From a virus (Duplodnaviria > Heunggongvirae > Uroviricota > Caudoviricetes): DNA of 64,000 nucleotides. Shown in pieces: positions 19,513-27,132 of the stretch. The position numbers and the translations under genes were made by a program. The stretch is from positions 25,598 through 89,597 of IMG/VR virus record IMGVR_UViG_3300043313_001192; one strand, written 5' to 3'. The notes below the pieces were generated by a model. It did not search any database. It was not told where the DNA came from and saw only the letters and a list, made by a program, of their open reading frames with translations. The first letter of the stretch is position 1; the number at the start of each line of letters is the position of its first letter.

Positions 19513-19671
19513 CCGCATCGACCGGCCGCCGCCAGGCGGCCGGTTCCGGCAGTAACGTCACTGACGTTTACGCAGCCTGGCGCCGACCTGGTGGGCTGGG
19601 CCTGGTTTGCCTGATGACCTAGATGGTGTAGACTGTTCTCAACAGCCCAACGACGACAAGGACACACTGAC

Positions 19672-20136
19672 ATGGCTACTGCCTTCACACCGCCCGAGGG
19701 GTTCGAGCCCCCGGAGATCACGCTGGACAACATGCGTGATGGCTCGTATGAGCGCGAGGAGGCTGCCTTCCTCGAACGGCTCGCCGACCGCGCCAAGATG
19801 AACGGCACCAGCCCGCTGCTCGGCGAGGTGGTGCGCTGGCAGCGTGCCGACGGCTACGCGCAGTACATGGTCTGGCAGACCAAGCCGCTGCAACTGATCC
19901 ACCTCAACCTGCTCGACGGCTACTCGATCGAGCCCGCGCTGATCCGGGGACTCCGGGTCGCCGACATCCACGCCATGGTGCAGCAGGCCGCGCGCATGCG
20001 TGAGTTCTTCACCGCCAAGATCGTCATCGACGAGCCCGGCGTGGTCTGCGGAGGCTGCGGCGTCACCATCCACGACGTCGCCCGCGATGTCGTGACCTGC
20101 GTGATCTGCGGGCACCAGACGGAGGTGTCGCGATGA
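19672..20136 (+). CDS. hypothetical protein with C-terminal zinc ribbon
   Basis: AACGACGACAAGGAC start motif; CGGCG...CVICG. Confidence 0.7.
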   Translation: MATAFTPPEGFEPPEITLDNMRDGSYEREEAAFLERLADRAKMNGTSPLLGEVVRWQRADGYAQYMVWQTKPLQLIHLNLLDGYSIEPALIRGLRVADIHAMVQQAARMREFFTAKIVIDEPGVVCGGCGVTIHDVARDVVTCVICGHQTEVSR

Positions 20137-20372
20137 GCGACCAGACCTACACCCAGGATCAGGTCAGCGCGGCGCTGAACAAGGCCGCCGACGACATCAT
20201 CGAAGCCACCGAGGCCGAGGACGAGGGGCTGCGCGACGCGCTGAACCTGCTGGTCAACGCCGTCGGCTCCTACCTCTGGGACGGCGCTGAAGACCTGGAG
20301 CAGGTGGCAGCGAAGAACTACGACGCCGACCTCGACTCGATCGTCGGCTGGATCGCGCAGGGCATCCGATGA
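20133..20372 (+). CDS. hypothetical protein
   Basis: GGAGG RBS, ATGA coupling. Confidence 0.7.
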   Translation: MSDQTYTQDQVSAALNKAADDIIEATEAEDEGLRDALNLLVNAVGSYLWDGAEDLEQVAAKNYDADLDSIVGWIAQGIR

Positions 20373-20641
20373 GCGAGCCGCCCCGCGACCGAGTCAAGAA
20401 CCCCTCGATCAACTTCCCGCAGACGCCGGAGGAGGCGCAGCGCGCCATCATCCAGCAGGTCCGCCGGATGCTGTTCGAGGAGCACAGCGCTGGCTACTCG
20501 CCGCTGACCAGGACGCGCACCGACGACGCTGGCCTGGGCACCACCCGCAGGCCCCAGCAGACCAAGTGGCTCAACGACGCGAGCGACCTGATCGGTGCCA
20601 TCATCGGCGACAAGCTGGACGAGATCGAGGCGGTGATCTGA
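20369..20641 (+). CDS. hypothetical protein
   Basis: ATGA coupling. Confidence 0.65.
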   Translation: MSEPPRDRVKNPSINFPQTPEEAQRAIIQQVRRMLFEEHSAGYSPLTRTRTDDAGLGTTRRPQQTKWLNDASDLIGAIIGDKLDEIEAVI

Positions 20642-20943
20642 TGGCGGACTGGATCGTGATCGGCACCTCGATGGTCGTCGAGGACGAGCCGGACGGCGAG
20701 GCCGCCATCAACCGCGCCCAGGACATGAGCGGCTGGAACTGGGAGGCGATCCCGGCGGTGGAACTGAACCCGCTGGTCCACTACGCGAACGTGCTGGAGG
20801 CAGCCCAGGAGGCCCAGGACGCTGCGTACGGCGACTCCAACGACGACGAGATCGACCTGCTCCGCAACGCGCTGGAGATGGCGCTGAGCGCGCTGCACCT
20901 CGAACTGCCCGAGCCCCGCGACCCGGACGACGAAGACGCGTAG
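20641..20943 (+). CDS. hypothetical protein
   Basis: TGATG coupling, MADWIVIG... Confidence 0.65.
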   Translation: MADWIVIGTSMVVEDEPDGEAAINRAQDMSGWNWEAIPAVELNPLVHYANVLEAAQEAQDAAYGDSNDDEIDLLRNALEMALSALHLELPEPRDPDDEDA

Positions 20944-20954
20944 GTTAGATAACC

Positions 20955-21554
20955 ATGGACGGCATCCGGGATGGCTTCGGCGACGACCCCACGGTCGATG
21001 AGGTGCTGGCGGACGAGGAGGAGTTCCTGGTCCGCAACGCCCGGCACGCCCTGGTCAAGAAGATGGGCCGGGGCTTCCCCGCCGGGGCGGACGAGGACGC
21101 TGTCCAGGAGGCCCGCATTGCGGCCTGGCAGTCCTGGGAGAAGAACCACAACCGGGCCTACCTGAACATCGCTGCCCGGCAGCGGCTGATGGCCCATGTC
21201 TTTCGGGACCAGTGGTTCGGCACCAAGCCGACCGCACACGAGAAGGATCCGATCCGCCGGGCCAACCGCTCCAGCTTCGATGACCCGGACAACGGCATTG
21301 ACGTTCTGGTGGACTCGGCGACCTGGGTGGACCAGGTCCTTCTGGGCTACCACCACGGCGAGATCCACCAGGCGCTGGACGCACTGACGTTTACGCAGAG
21401 GGAGTACGTGGTGCTGCGCTTCTGGGGTGGGATGTCGGACACCGAGATCGCTGCGCACCAGGGCAAGACACGGGGCGGAGTGTCCTCGGTGTGGCACAAG
21501 AGCATCCGCCCGGCCCTCGCCTCTCAGTTGGAGTTGCTGAGCGACCTGTGCTAA
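20955..21554 (+). CDS. sigma-70-family (ECF-like) sigma factor
   Basis: Region-2-like EDAVQEARIAAWQ...YLNIAARQRL; region-4 HTH IHQALDAL..QREYVVLRFWGGMSDTEIAAHQGKTRGGV. Confidence 0.75.
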   Translation: MDGIRDGFGDDPTVDEVLADEEEFLVRNARHALVKKMGRGFPAGADEDAVQEARIAAWQSWEKNHNRAYLNIAARQRLMAHVFRDQWFGTKPTAHEKDPIRRANRSSFDDPDNGIDVLVDSATWVDQVLLGYHHGEIHQALDALTFTQREYVVLRFWGGMSDTEIAAHQGKTRGGVSSVWHKSIRPALASQLELLSDLC

Positions 21555-21595
21555 ACTGTTCCTAGGAACAGACCAACGACGAAGGACGAACTGAC

Positions 21596-21943
21596 ATGAC
21601 TGACCTGCCCCGCAACGAGCACGGCGAGATCGACTGCTCCGCTTCCTACGGTGAACTCTGGTTCGTGAAGATCCAGTACAACACCGACAGCGAGAACCGC
21701 GAGATCGCCGAGGACGACGAGAAGACGTTCGAGGAGTCGGTGACCTACCACGGCCCGTTCTTCAGCCAGCAGGAGGCTGCTGACTGGTGCAACGCCTACC
21801 CCGAGGACCCCGACGTCCACGACATGTACGTGTGGAACATGAACGCGGTCCGGCCCGACGGCAAGCCCCCGATCACCAAGGAGACCGTGGCGTACGCCGA
21901 CGGCGAGTCCGCTGCCCGTGCCGACCTGGGGCTGAAGGCATGA
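21596..21943 (+). CDS. hypothetical protein
   Basis: AACGACGAAGGAC start motif. Confidence 0.7.
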   Translation: MTDLPRNEHGEIDCSASYGELWFVKIQYNTDSENREIAEDDEKTFEESVTYHGPFFSQQEAADWCNAYPEDPDVHDMYVWNMNAVRPDGKPPITKETVAYADGESAARADLGLKA

Positions 21944-22347
21944 TCACGCTGCCTGCCCTGGTCAAGGACGTGTCCGGCCAGTACTACGGCGGAGCGTTCT
22001 GGGACAGCGCCGACTACCGCATCAAGATCGTGACGCTCGACGGCTCCGGGGAGAACTTCCGGATGACCGTGGAGTCCGCCAGCGGCGGTGAGGTCGGCAC
22101 CTACGAGTTCGGTATCGCCGAGGCCGAGGGCATCGCCCGGATGGCCTCCACCGACCACGGGCTCGGCGGCTACGAGGACGACTGGGCCATCCCCTCCGGG
22201 ATGGGCCGGACGCTGTCCTGGAGCCTGCCCACCGTCATGGATCACCTGGTCGTCCTGGAGCAGGACGTCATCGACGAGATCGCCGACTGGCTGGAGTACG
22301 CCACGGGTCAGAAGACCTGGACCGGCGGGGACGAGTGGGAGTTCTGA
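21940..22347 (+). CDS. hypothetical protein
   Basis: GAAGG RBS, ATGA coupling, MITLPALV... Confidence 0.65.
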   Translation: MITLPALVKDVSGQYYGGAFWDSADYRIKIVTLDGSGENFRMTVESASGGEVGTYEFGIAEAEGIARMASTDHGLGGYEDDWAIPSGMGRTLSWSLPTVMDHLVVLEQDVIDEIADWLEYATGQKTWTGGDEWEF

Positions 22348-22580
22348 TGGGCACCTTCATCCGCAGCGCCGAGCACATCATGGCTTCAGTTGCTGACGCT
22401 GTCGACGCCATCGACGACGGCGACATCGACATCCACACCATCAGCCTGGTGCTCAACGGCCAGCACGGGGAGTTCGATCTCCGCATCGAGGCCACCGACG
22501 ACGACATGGAAGACCGGCTGTGGACCGGCATCGCGCACCGCGGTGGCGGCATCACCGATCTCGGAGAGGTAGTGGACTGA
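22347..22580 (+). CDS. hypothetical acidic protein
   Basis: TGATG coupling. Confidence 0.65.
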   Translation: MGTFIRSAEHIMASVADAVDAIDDGDIDIHTISLVLNGQHGEFDLRIEATDDDMEDRLWTGIAHRGGGITDLGEVVD

Positions 22581-22699
22581 TGGACATCCAGATCACCACC
22601 AGCGACCCGGCGGAGATCAACGTCGAGGAGATCGAGCGAGCGCTCCTGAACCTCGACTACTTCGTCGGCAAGATCACCGTCGTCGAAAGGGTGGAGTGA
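22580..22699 (+). CDS. small hypothetical protein
   Basis: TGATG coupling at both ends, 39 aa. Confidence 0.55.
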   Translation: MDIQITTSDPAEINVEEIERALLNLDYFVGKITVVERVE

Positions 22700-22911
22700 T
22701 GGTGCTGCCACTGACGATCACCGTGGTCGCCTGCCTGGTGGTCGGCTACCTGGTCAAGCCGGTGATCGAGCGCGACGCCCACAACATCCCGCAGCCGATC
22801 CCGCACCGGATGGTGGTGGCAGCTCGGCTCTCGATGCTGGCCGCCATCATCATCGGCGGTTGGTCGGCCTTCGTGCTGGCCACCATCGCCCTGAAGAACT
22901 GGATCGCTTGA
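22699..22911 (+). CDS. membrane protein
   Basis: Two hydrophobic helices. Confidence 0.6.
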   Translation: MVLPLTITVVACLVVGYLVKPVIERDAHNIPQPIPHRMVVAARLSMLAAIIIGGWSAFVLATIALKNWIA

Positions 22912-22967
22912 CAACAACCCTGTGATACCCTGTTATCACGAAACGACGCAACGACAAGGAGAACGAC

Positions 22968-23831
22968 ATGGCACGTGTCACGCACGTGAAGAAGGCGCAG
23001 CAGCGCTACGAGACCGTCCCCGTCATCGACGAGGCCACCGGGGAGCCCAAGCGCACCCAGGTGATGAAGGGCGGTGAGCCCAAGATGACCCGCGCCAAGA
23101 CCGGTCGCCCGGCCCGGCCGGTGTTCATGACCGTCACGGTCCAGGACAAGACCAAGCCGTTGCCCAACTACACCTGCGACTTCTGCCACCAGGAGATCGA
23201 GGTGGGCACGCCCTACAAGCACATCACCCCGAAGAGCGGACCGTACGGCGGGCGCAAGCGCACCCGGCACGAGGGCTGCCCGTCGTGGAACGTCTGGGAG
23301 TACTCGAACTCCTGGAGCGCCCGGATCGCCCAAGCCACCGCGGACTTCGATGTCTCCGAGGTCGACGACCCGGAGCAGGTCCAGGAGGGTCTCGACGACG
23401 TGGCGGCTGCCATCAAGGAGCTGGCCGAGGAGTCCCGTGAGACCGCGGGCAACATCGAGGACGGCTTCGGTCACCCGACGTCGCAGTCGGAGGAGGCCGA
23501 GCAGCGTGCCGACGACCTGGACGGCTGGGCTGACGAGATCAGCGGTGTCGACATCCCGGAGCTTCCCGAGCCCGAGCCGCGGTGGTTCATCACCAACGGT
23601 GACGGGGTGGCCTCGGACCTGTTCGAGGAGGACGGCTACGACAGCGAGATGGATGCCCAGCAGGCGCTGGACAGCCAGCGTGAGGACGACCAGCCGGGCT
23701 CCAGCGACGAGCCGGACGACGGCTTCGAGGTCGAGGAGATCACCCCGGAGGAGCCGTCCGAGGAGCAGCTGAACGACTGGCGCTCCGAGGTCGAGGACGC
23801 CTGCTCCATCGTCTTCGAGAGCCCCGTCTGA
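22968..23831 (+). CDS. hypothetical protein, zinc finger + long acidic C-terminus
   Basis: AACGACAAGGAG start motif; CDFC...HEGC; D/E-rich second half. Confidence 0.75.
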   Translation: MARVTHVKKAQQRYETVPVIDEATGEPKRTQVMKGGEPKMTRAKTGRPARPVFMTVTVQDKTKPLPNYTCDFCHQEIEVGTPYKHITPKSGPYGGRKRTRHEGCPSWNVWEYSNSWSARIAQATADFDVSEVDDPEQVQEGLDDVAAAIKELAEESRETAGNIEDGFGHPTSQSEEAEQRADDLDGWADEISGVDIPELPEPEPRWFITNGDGVASDLFEEDGYDSEMDAQQALDSQREDDQPGSSDEPDDGFEVEEITPEEPSEEQLNDWRSEVEDACSIVFESPV

Positions 23832-24082
23832 TGGCCGCCGTGGAGATCACCGTGACCCGCTCCGCCGGAGACGACCGGGCGGTCACGGTGCTCATCGACA
23901 CCGACTTCGAGCCCGACGCCAGTGACGGTGGACCTGGGCTGCGCATCCTGCTCAACGACGACGAGACGTACACCGGTAAGGCGTACGACCTGGGTGCGCA
24001 CCATGCCGCCGGGGCCAGGCGCCTGGTCGTCGAGCTGGACGACATCGCCTATGACGTCACTGACGAAACGAAGGAGGGCTGA
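23831..24082 (+). CDS. hypothetical protein
   Basis: TGATG coupling. Confidence 0.65.
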   Translation: MAAVEITVTRSAGDDRAVTVLIDTDFEPDASDGGPGLRILLNDDETYTGKAYDLGAHHAAGARRLVVELDDIAYDVTDETKEG

Positions 24083-24083
24083 G

Positions 24084-24305
24084 ATGGCTGAGCCAGCTGA
24101 GCTGAAGACCTACCAGGTCGAGGTGCTCGTCGAGGTGAAGATGGCCGGTGACGAGAACGCCGCGTACACCGCGGTCGACGAGATCATGCAGCGTGCCTGG
24201 GACACCGATGACGGTCGCACCTGGGTCAAGCCCAAGTGGCACTTCGAGATGCTGGAGGGCTGCGTCGCCGACATCACGCCCGATGACGAAACGGCGGCCA
24301 GCTGA
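24084..24305 (+). CDS. hypothetical protein
   Basis: AAGGAGG RBS, MAEPAELK... Confidence 0.65.
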   Translation: MAEPAELKTYQVEVLVEVKMAGDENAAYTAVDEIMQRAWDTDDGRTWVKPKWHFEMLEGCVADITPDDETAAS

Positions 24306-24661
24306 TGGCCAGGCAGCTGGACCTCACCGTCTTCGAGCCCGGCGACACCGTCGGGACCATGTCCCAGGACGGCCGGGTGGCGCTGTGGACGATCTCGGTC
24401 GACGGCAGCCTGGTGCGAGCTGACAACCGGCTGTTCGGGAACGTCACTGGGTTCACCCTGGAGACCCGCATCGAGGAGCTTGACCTTCAGGTGCGCACCT
24501 TCAACCTGCTCAAGCGCGAGGGCATCAACACCGTCGGTGACCTACTGACGTTTACGCACGAGAACGACGACGACGCGATGCTCCAGATCCGCAACATGGG
24601 TGCCAAGAACGTCACCGAAATCCGGGAGTGGGCCGCCAAGCTGAGGAGTGAACGCCCATGA
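24305..24661 (+). CDS. protein with RNA polymerase alpha-subunit C-terminal domain (alpha-CTD) homolog
   Basis: RIEELDLQVRTFNLLKREGINTVGDLL...IRNMGAKNVTEI matches the RpoA CTD pattern IEELxLxVRxYNxLKREGIxxVGxL...IRNFGxKSxxE. Confidence 0.85.
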   Translation: MARQLDLTVFEPGDTVGTMSQDGRVALWTISVDGSLVRADNRLFGNVTGFTLETRIEELDLQVRTFNLLKREGINTVGDLLTFTHENDDDAMLQIRNMGAKNVTEIREWAAKLRSERP

Positions 24662-24885
24662 GCGACGAGAAGCAGCTGCCGCCGGGGGAGCAACGGTTCA
24701 TCGCCAAGAAGCAGGTGGACGGTCGCCGGACCACCTGGAACGTCTATGACCGTGAGCAGGCCAGCAAGCCCGGCCAGGTACCAGGCTTCGGCGTGGTCGC
24801 GTCCGGGTTCACTGACGAAACCAGCTGCCAGGCTGAAGCTGACCGTCTCGCCGCATTCATCACCGGGGAGGGCACCGATGTCTGA
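24658..24885 (+). CDS. hypothetical protein
   Basis: GAGGAG RBS, ATGA coupling. Confidence 0.65.
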   Translation: MSDEKQLPPGEQRFIAKKQVDGRRTTWNVYDREQASKPGQVPGFGVVASGFTDETSCQAEADRLAAFITGEGTDV

Positions 24886-25156
24886 CATGTACCTCACCGA
24901 CAACGACGCCACCAACGCGCGCCAGGACCAGCGGAACGCACGGTCGCGCCAGGACGCACTGCTGACCACCGCGGTCTACGCCCGTGACGCCCAGGTGGGT
25001 GCCGGTGAGTTCGTCGAGCTGGTCGACATGCTCGGTCTCGACGAGGAGCTGCTCGATGCCCTCAAGCGGCGCCCGAAGCTGGTCACGATCGTCACTGACG
25101 TTCGAGCGACATCGGTCGAGCTGGCAGCTGGCACGACCAGGGCGGACGGACGGTGA
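24878..25156 (+). CDS. hypothetical protein
   Basis: GGAGGG RBS, MSDMYLT... Confidence 0.6.
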   Translation: MSDMYLTDNDATNARQDQRNARSRQDALLTTAVYARDAQVGAGEFVELVDMLGLDEELLDALKRRPKLVTIVTDVRATSVELAAGTTRADGR

Positions 25157-25365
25157 CCCGCGGGGAGCTGGTTGCGGTCACGGTCGCCACGGTGATCGGG
25201 GTCGGCGGGTTCATCGCGGTCGTCCGGGCGGCCTGGCGGGAGCTGCGCCAGGCTCCTGGAGCTGAGCCGGGCTGCGTAAACGTCAATGACGTCACGGTCG
25301 ACCAGGTGCCTGGCGGCCAGCTGCCCGACGGCCAGCTCGACGAGACCGTCGGTCGGGTGGAATAA
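25153..25365 (+). CDS. small membrane-anchored protein
   Basis: GTGA coupling, one TM helix. Confidence 0.5.
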   Translation: MTRGELVAVTVATVIGVGGFIAVVRAAWRELRQAPGAEPGCVNVNDVTVDQVPGGQLPDGQLDETVGRVE

Positions 25366-25507
25366 CGTCACTGACTTTTCTGCTGTAGCTAGCACCGTTG
25401 CGGCAGCTCTGATCGACCAACGATCGACATCCGGTTGATCGGTCGGATAGAGTAGTACAAATCAACCATCAACGATCAGCACCATCAACGACATGAAGGA
25501 CAGCACC

Positions 25508-25984
25508 ATGAGCAGATTCATCACCGTCCAGGTCGGTTGCGACTGGGCCGAGTGCGAGACCATCGCCCCTGAAGGCGAGGGCATCGTCATCGAGAAGACG
25601 GTCGCCATCGACGGCAAGCAGGCACGGGCGTTCCTGGTGTGCAAGAAGCACCTCGACGAGTTCGAGGCGGTCGTGCTGCCGTTGATGCAGGCGGGCGTCA
25701 AGGTCGAGGCCCCCAGCTCGGGACGGTCGCGGAAGAGCAACGGAACGTCATCGACATCCACAGCTCCGCCGGTCGTCGTCGACGAGGGTGGATCCCATCC
25801 GTCGCTGGTCTGCAAGATCGACGACTGTGACCGTCACGGTCGCCCGCTGAAGAACCGCACCGGGATGGCCCAGCACGTCATCAAGGCGCACGGGTACGCG
25901 GACCTCTCCGCCTACGAGGCGCAGTACGGCACGGTCGCCTCGACGCCGCGCAAGTCACCATCACCGTCACCATCCACCAGCTGA
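25508..25984 (+). CDS. Lsr2-like dimerization domain + C2H2-type zinc finger
   Basis: N-terminus aligns by eye to the Lsr2 N-domain (ITVQVGCD...TVAIDGK...AGVKV); C-terminal CKIDDC...AQHVIKAH. Confidence 0.5.
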   Translation: MSRFITVQVGCDWAECETIAPEGEGIVIEKTVAIDGKQARAFLVCKKHLDEFEAVVLPLMQAGVKVEAPSSGRSRKSNGTSSTSTAPPVVVDEGGSHPSLVCKIDDCDRHGRPLKNRTGMAQHVIKAHGYADLSAYEAQYGTVASTPRKSPSPSPSTS

Positions 25985-26002
25985 ACGTCCCAGGAGGACA
26001 CC

Positions 26003-26755
26003 ATGAGCACCCAGACCCACTACGAACGAGCCGCTGCGGTCGCCGATGAACTGCTCGCCGCGCACGAGCGTGGTGAGTCGGTCTCCGCGATGGCCGAGGA
26101 GCACGGTCTCCGTCGCGAGGCGATCGCCTCCGAGCTGTCCAAGCACGGCATCGGCGCACCGTCGCCTGCCCGTGAGGCGGTCCTGGAGTACGTCCGCAAG
26201 AACCCCGGCCTGTCGGTCGACGACCTGTCGCTGCGGTTGGACCTGAGCAAGTCATCGGTCTCCCGCTACCTGCGCGGTACCCCCGAGCACCGGTTGGTCG
26301 TGTCCCGCAAGGTCTCGCCGACCCAGAAGTTCACCGACGCACAGATGGCGGATGCTCTTCGGGCTGCCTTCCGGCAGTTGGACGATCGGTCGAAGGGCCT
26401 GAGTCGGAAGCGGTACCGCGAGCTGATGGAGGGCCAGAACGTGCCCGCCGCGGCCACGTTCATCCGTCGCTACGGGACCTGGTCGGAGGCGTGTCGGTTG
26501 GCCGGGGTCACCGCGGCGAAGGCCCGCCGGGAGAACTACGTCCAGGACTGGTCCAACCAGGACATCGTGGACGCGGTCGCCGAGTTCGTGAACACCACGG
26601 ACCTGCTCAGCTACCACGCTTACGCAGCGTGGGCGCGCGAGCACGACAAGCCGTCGGGTCCCCTCCTCGTCCAGCGGTTGGGCGGTTGGGCCAAGGCGAA
26701 GACCCTGGCCATGTCCCAGTTCTCGACCGAGGACCGAACGGTCGCGGTCGCCTAG
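26003..26755 (+). CDS. DNA-binding protein: HTH(s) + two homing-endonuclease-associated (HNH_repeat-like) repeats
   Basis: LSVDDLSLRLDLSKSSVSRY HTH; FTDAQM..ALR..P....IRRYGTWSEACRLAG and WSNQDIVDAV..P....QRLGGWAKAKTLA. Confidence 0.65.
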   Translation: MSTQTHYERAAAVADELLAAHERGESVSAMAEEHGLRREAIASELSKHGIGAPSPAREAVLEYVRKNPGLSVDDLSLRLDLSKSSVSRYLRGTPEHRLVVSRKVSPTQKFTDAQMADALRAAFRQLDDRSKGLSRKRYRELMEGQNVPAAATFIRRYGTWSEACRLAGVTAAKARRENYVQDWSNQDIVDAVAEFVNTTDLLSYHAYAAWAREHDKPSGPLLVQRLGGWAKAKTLAMSQFSTEDRTVAVA

Positions 26756-27132
26756 AGCCCTTTCGGTAGAGGGGCAGCAGCCCCGTCTCACGGTCGCCAT
26801 GTCCTCTGAGGCGGGGCTGCTGTTTGCCCAGGTCAGACGGTCACGGTTGACGGTCTCGGTACCCTCACGCACGGGACTTCGTCGCGGTCGGAAGGGTGCC
26901 GATCGCTGGCGATCGGTCGCATCGGCGAGCTGGCGGCCAGCTGGGCGGCCCAGCCGTTTCGTCAGTGACGTTTCGGTTCAACGGTCGCCTGGCGGCCCAG
27001 CTCGCCGCGGCAGCTCAGCTCGATCGGTCGCCGGGGGTTACCGGTCGGTCGCCGATAAGTACCATTATGTAAGCCTGATAACGCCTCAAAGCGGACACGG
27101 TCGACCCGTGGACGACGGAATCAGTTGTATGT

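Larger units (their letters stand above)
859..25287 (+). repeat. dispersed 16-bp box ACTGACGTTTACGCAG (20 exact + 3 near-exact copies)
   Basis: Exact copies start at 859, 1539, 2304, 2908, 3878, 4587, 5376, 6250, 6932, 7701, 8464, 9186, 10260, 11079, 12017, 14310, 15109, 16844, 19560, 21383; one-mismatch copies at 13154, 24544 and (reverse strand) 25272. Confidence 0.95.

Noticed and set aside
802-19700. Integron cassette array
   Set aside because: No integron integrase or attC-like R/L box structure visible in the window; cassettes carry their own promoters
859-21398. CRISPR array interpretation of the 16-bp box
   Set aside because: Spacing is 600-3,000 bp and the intervening DNA contains genes; no cas1/cas2
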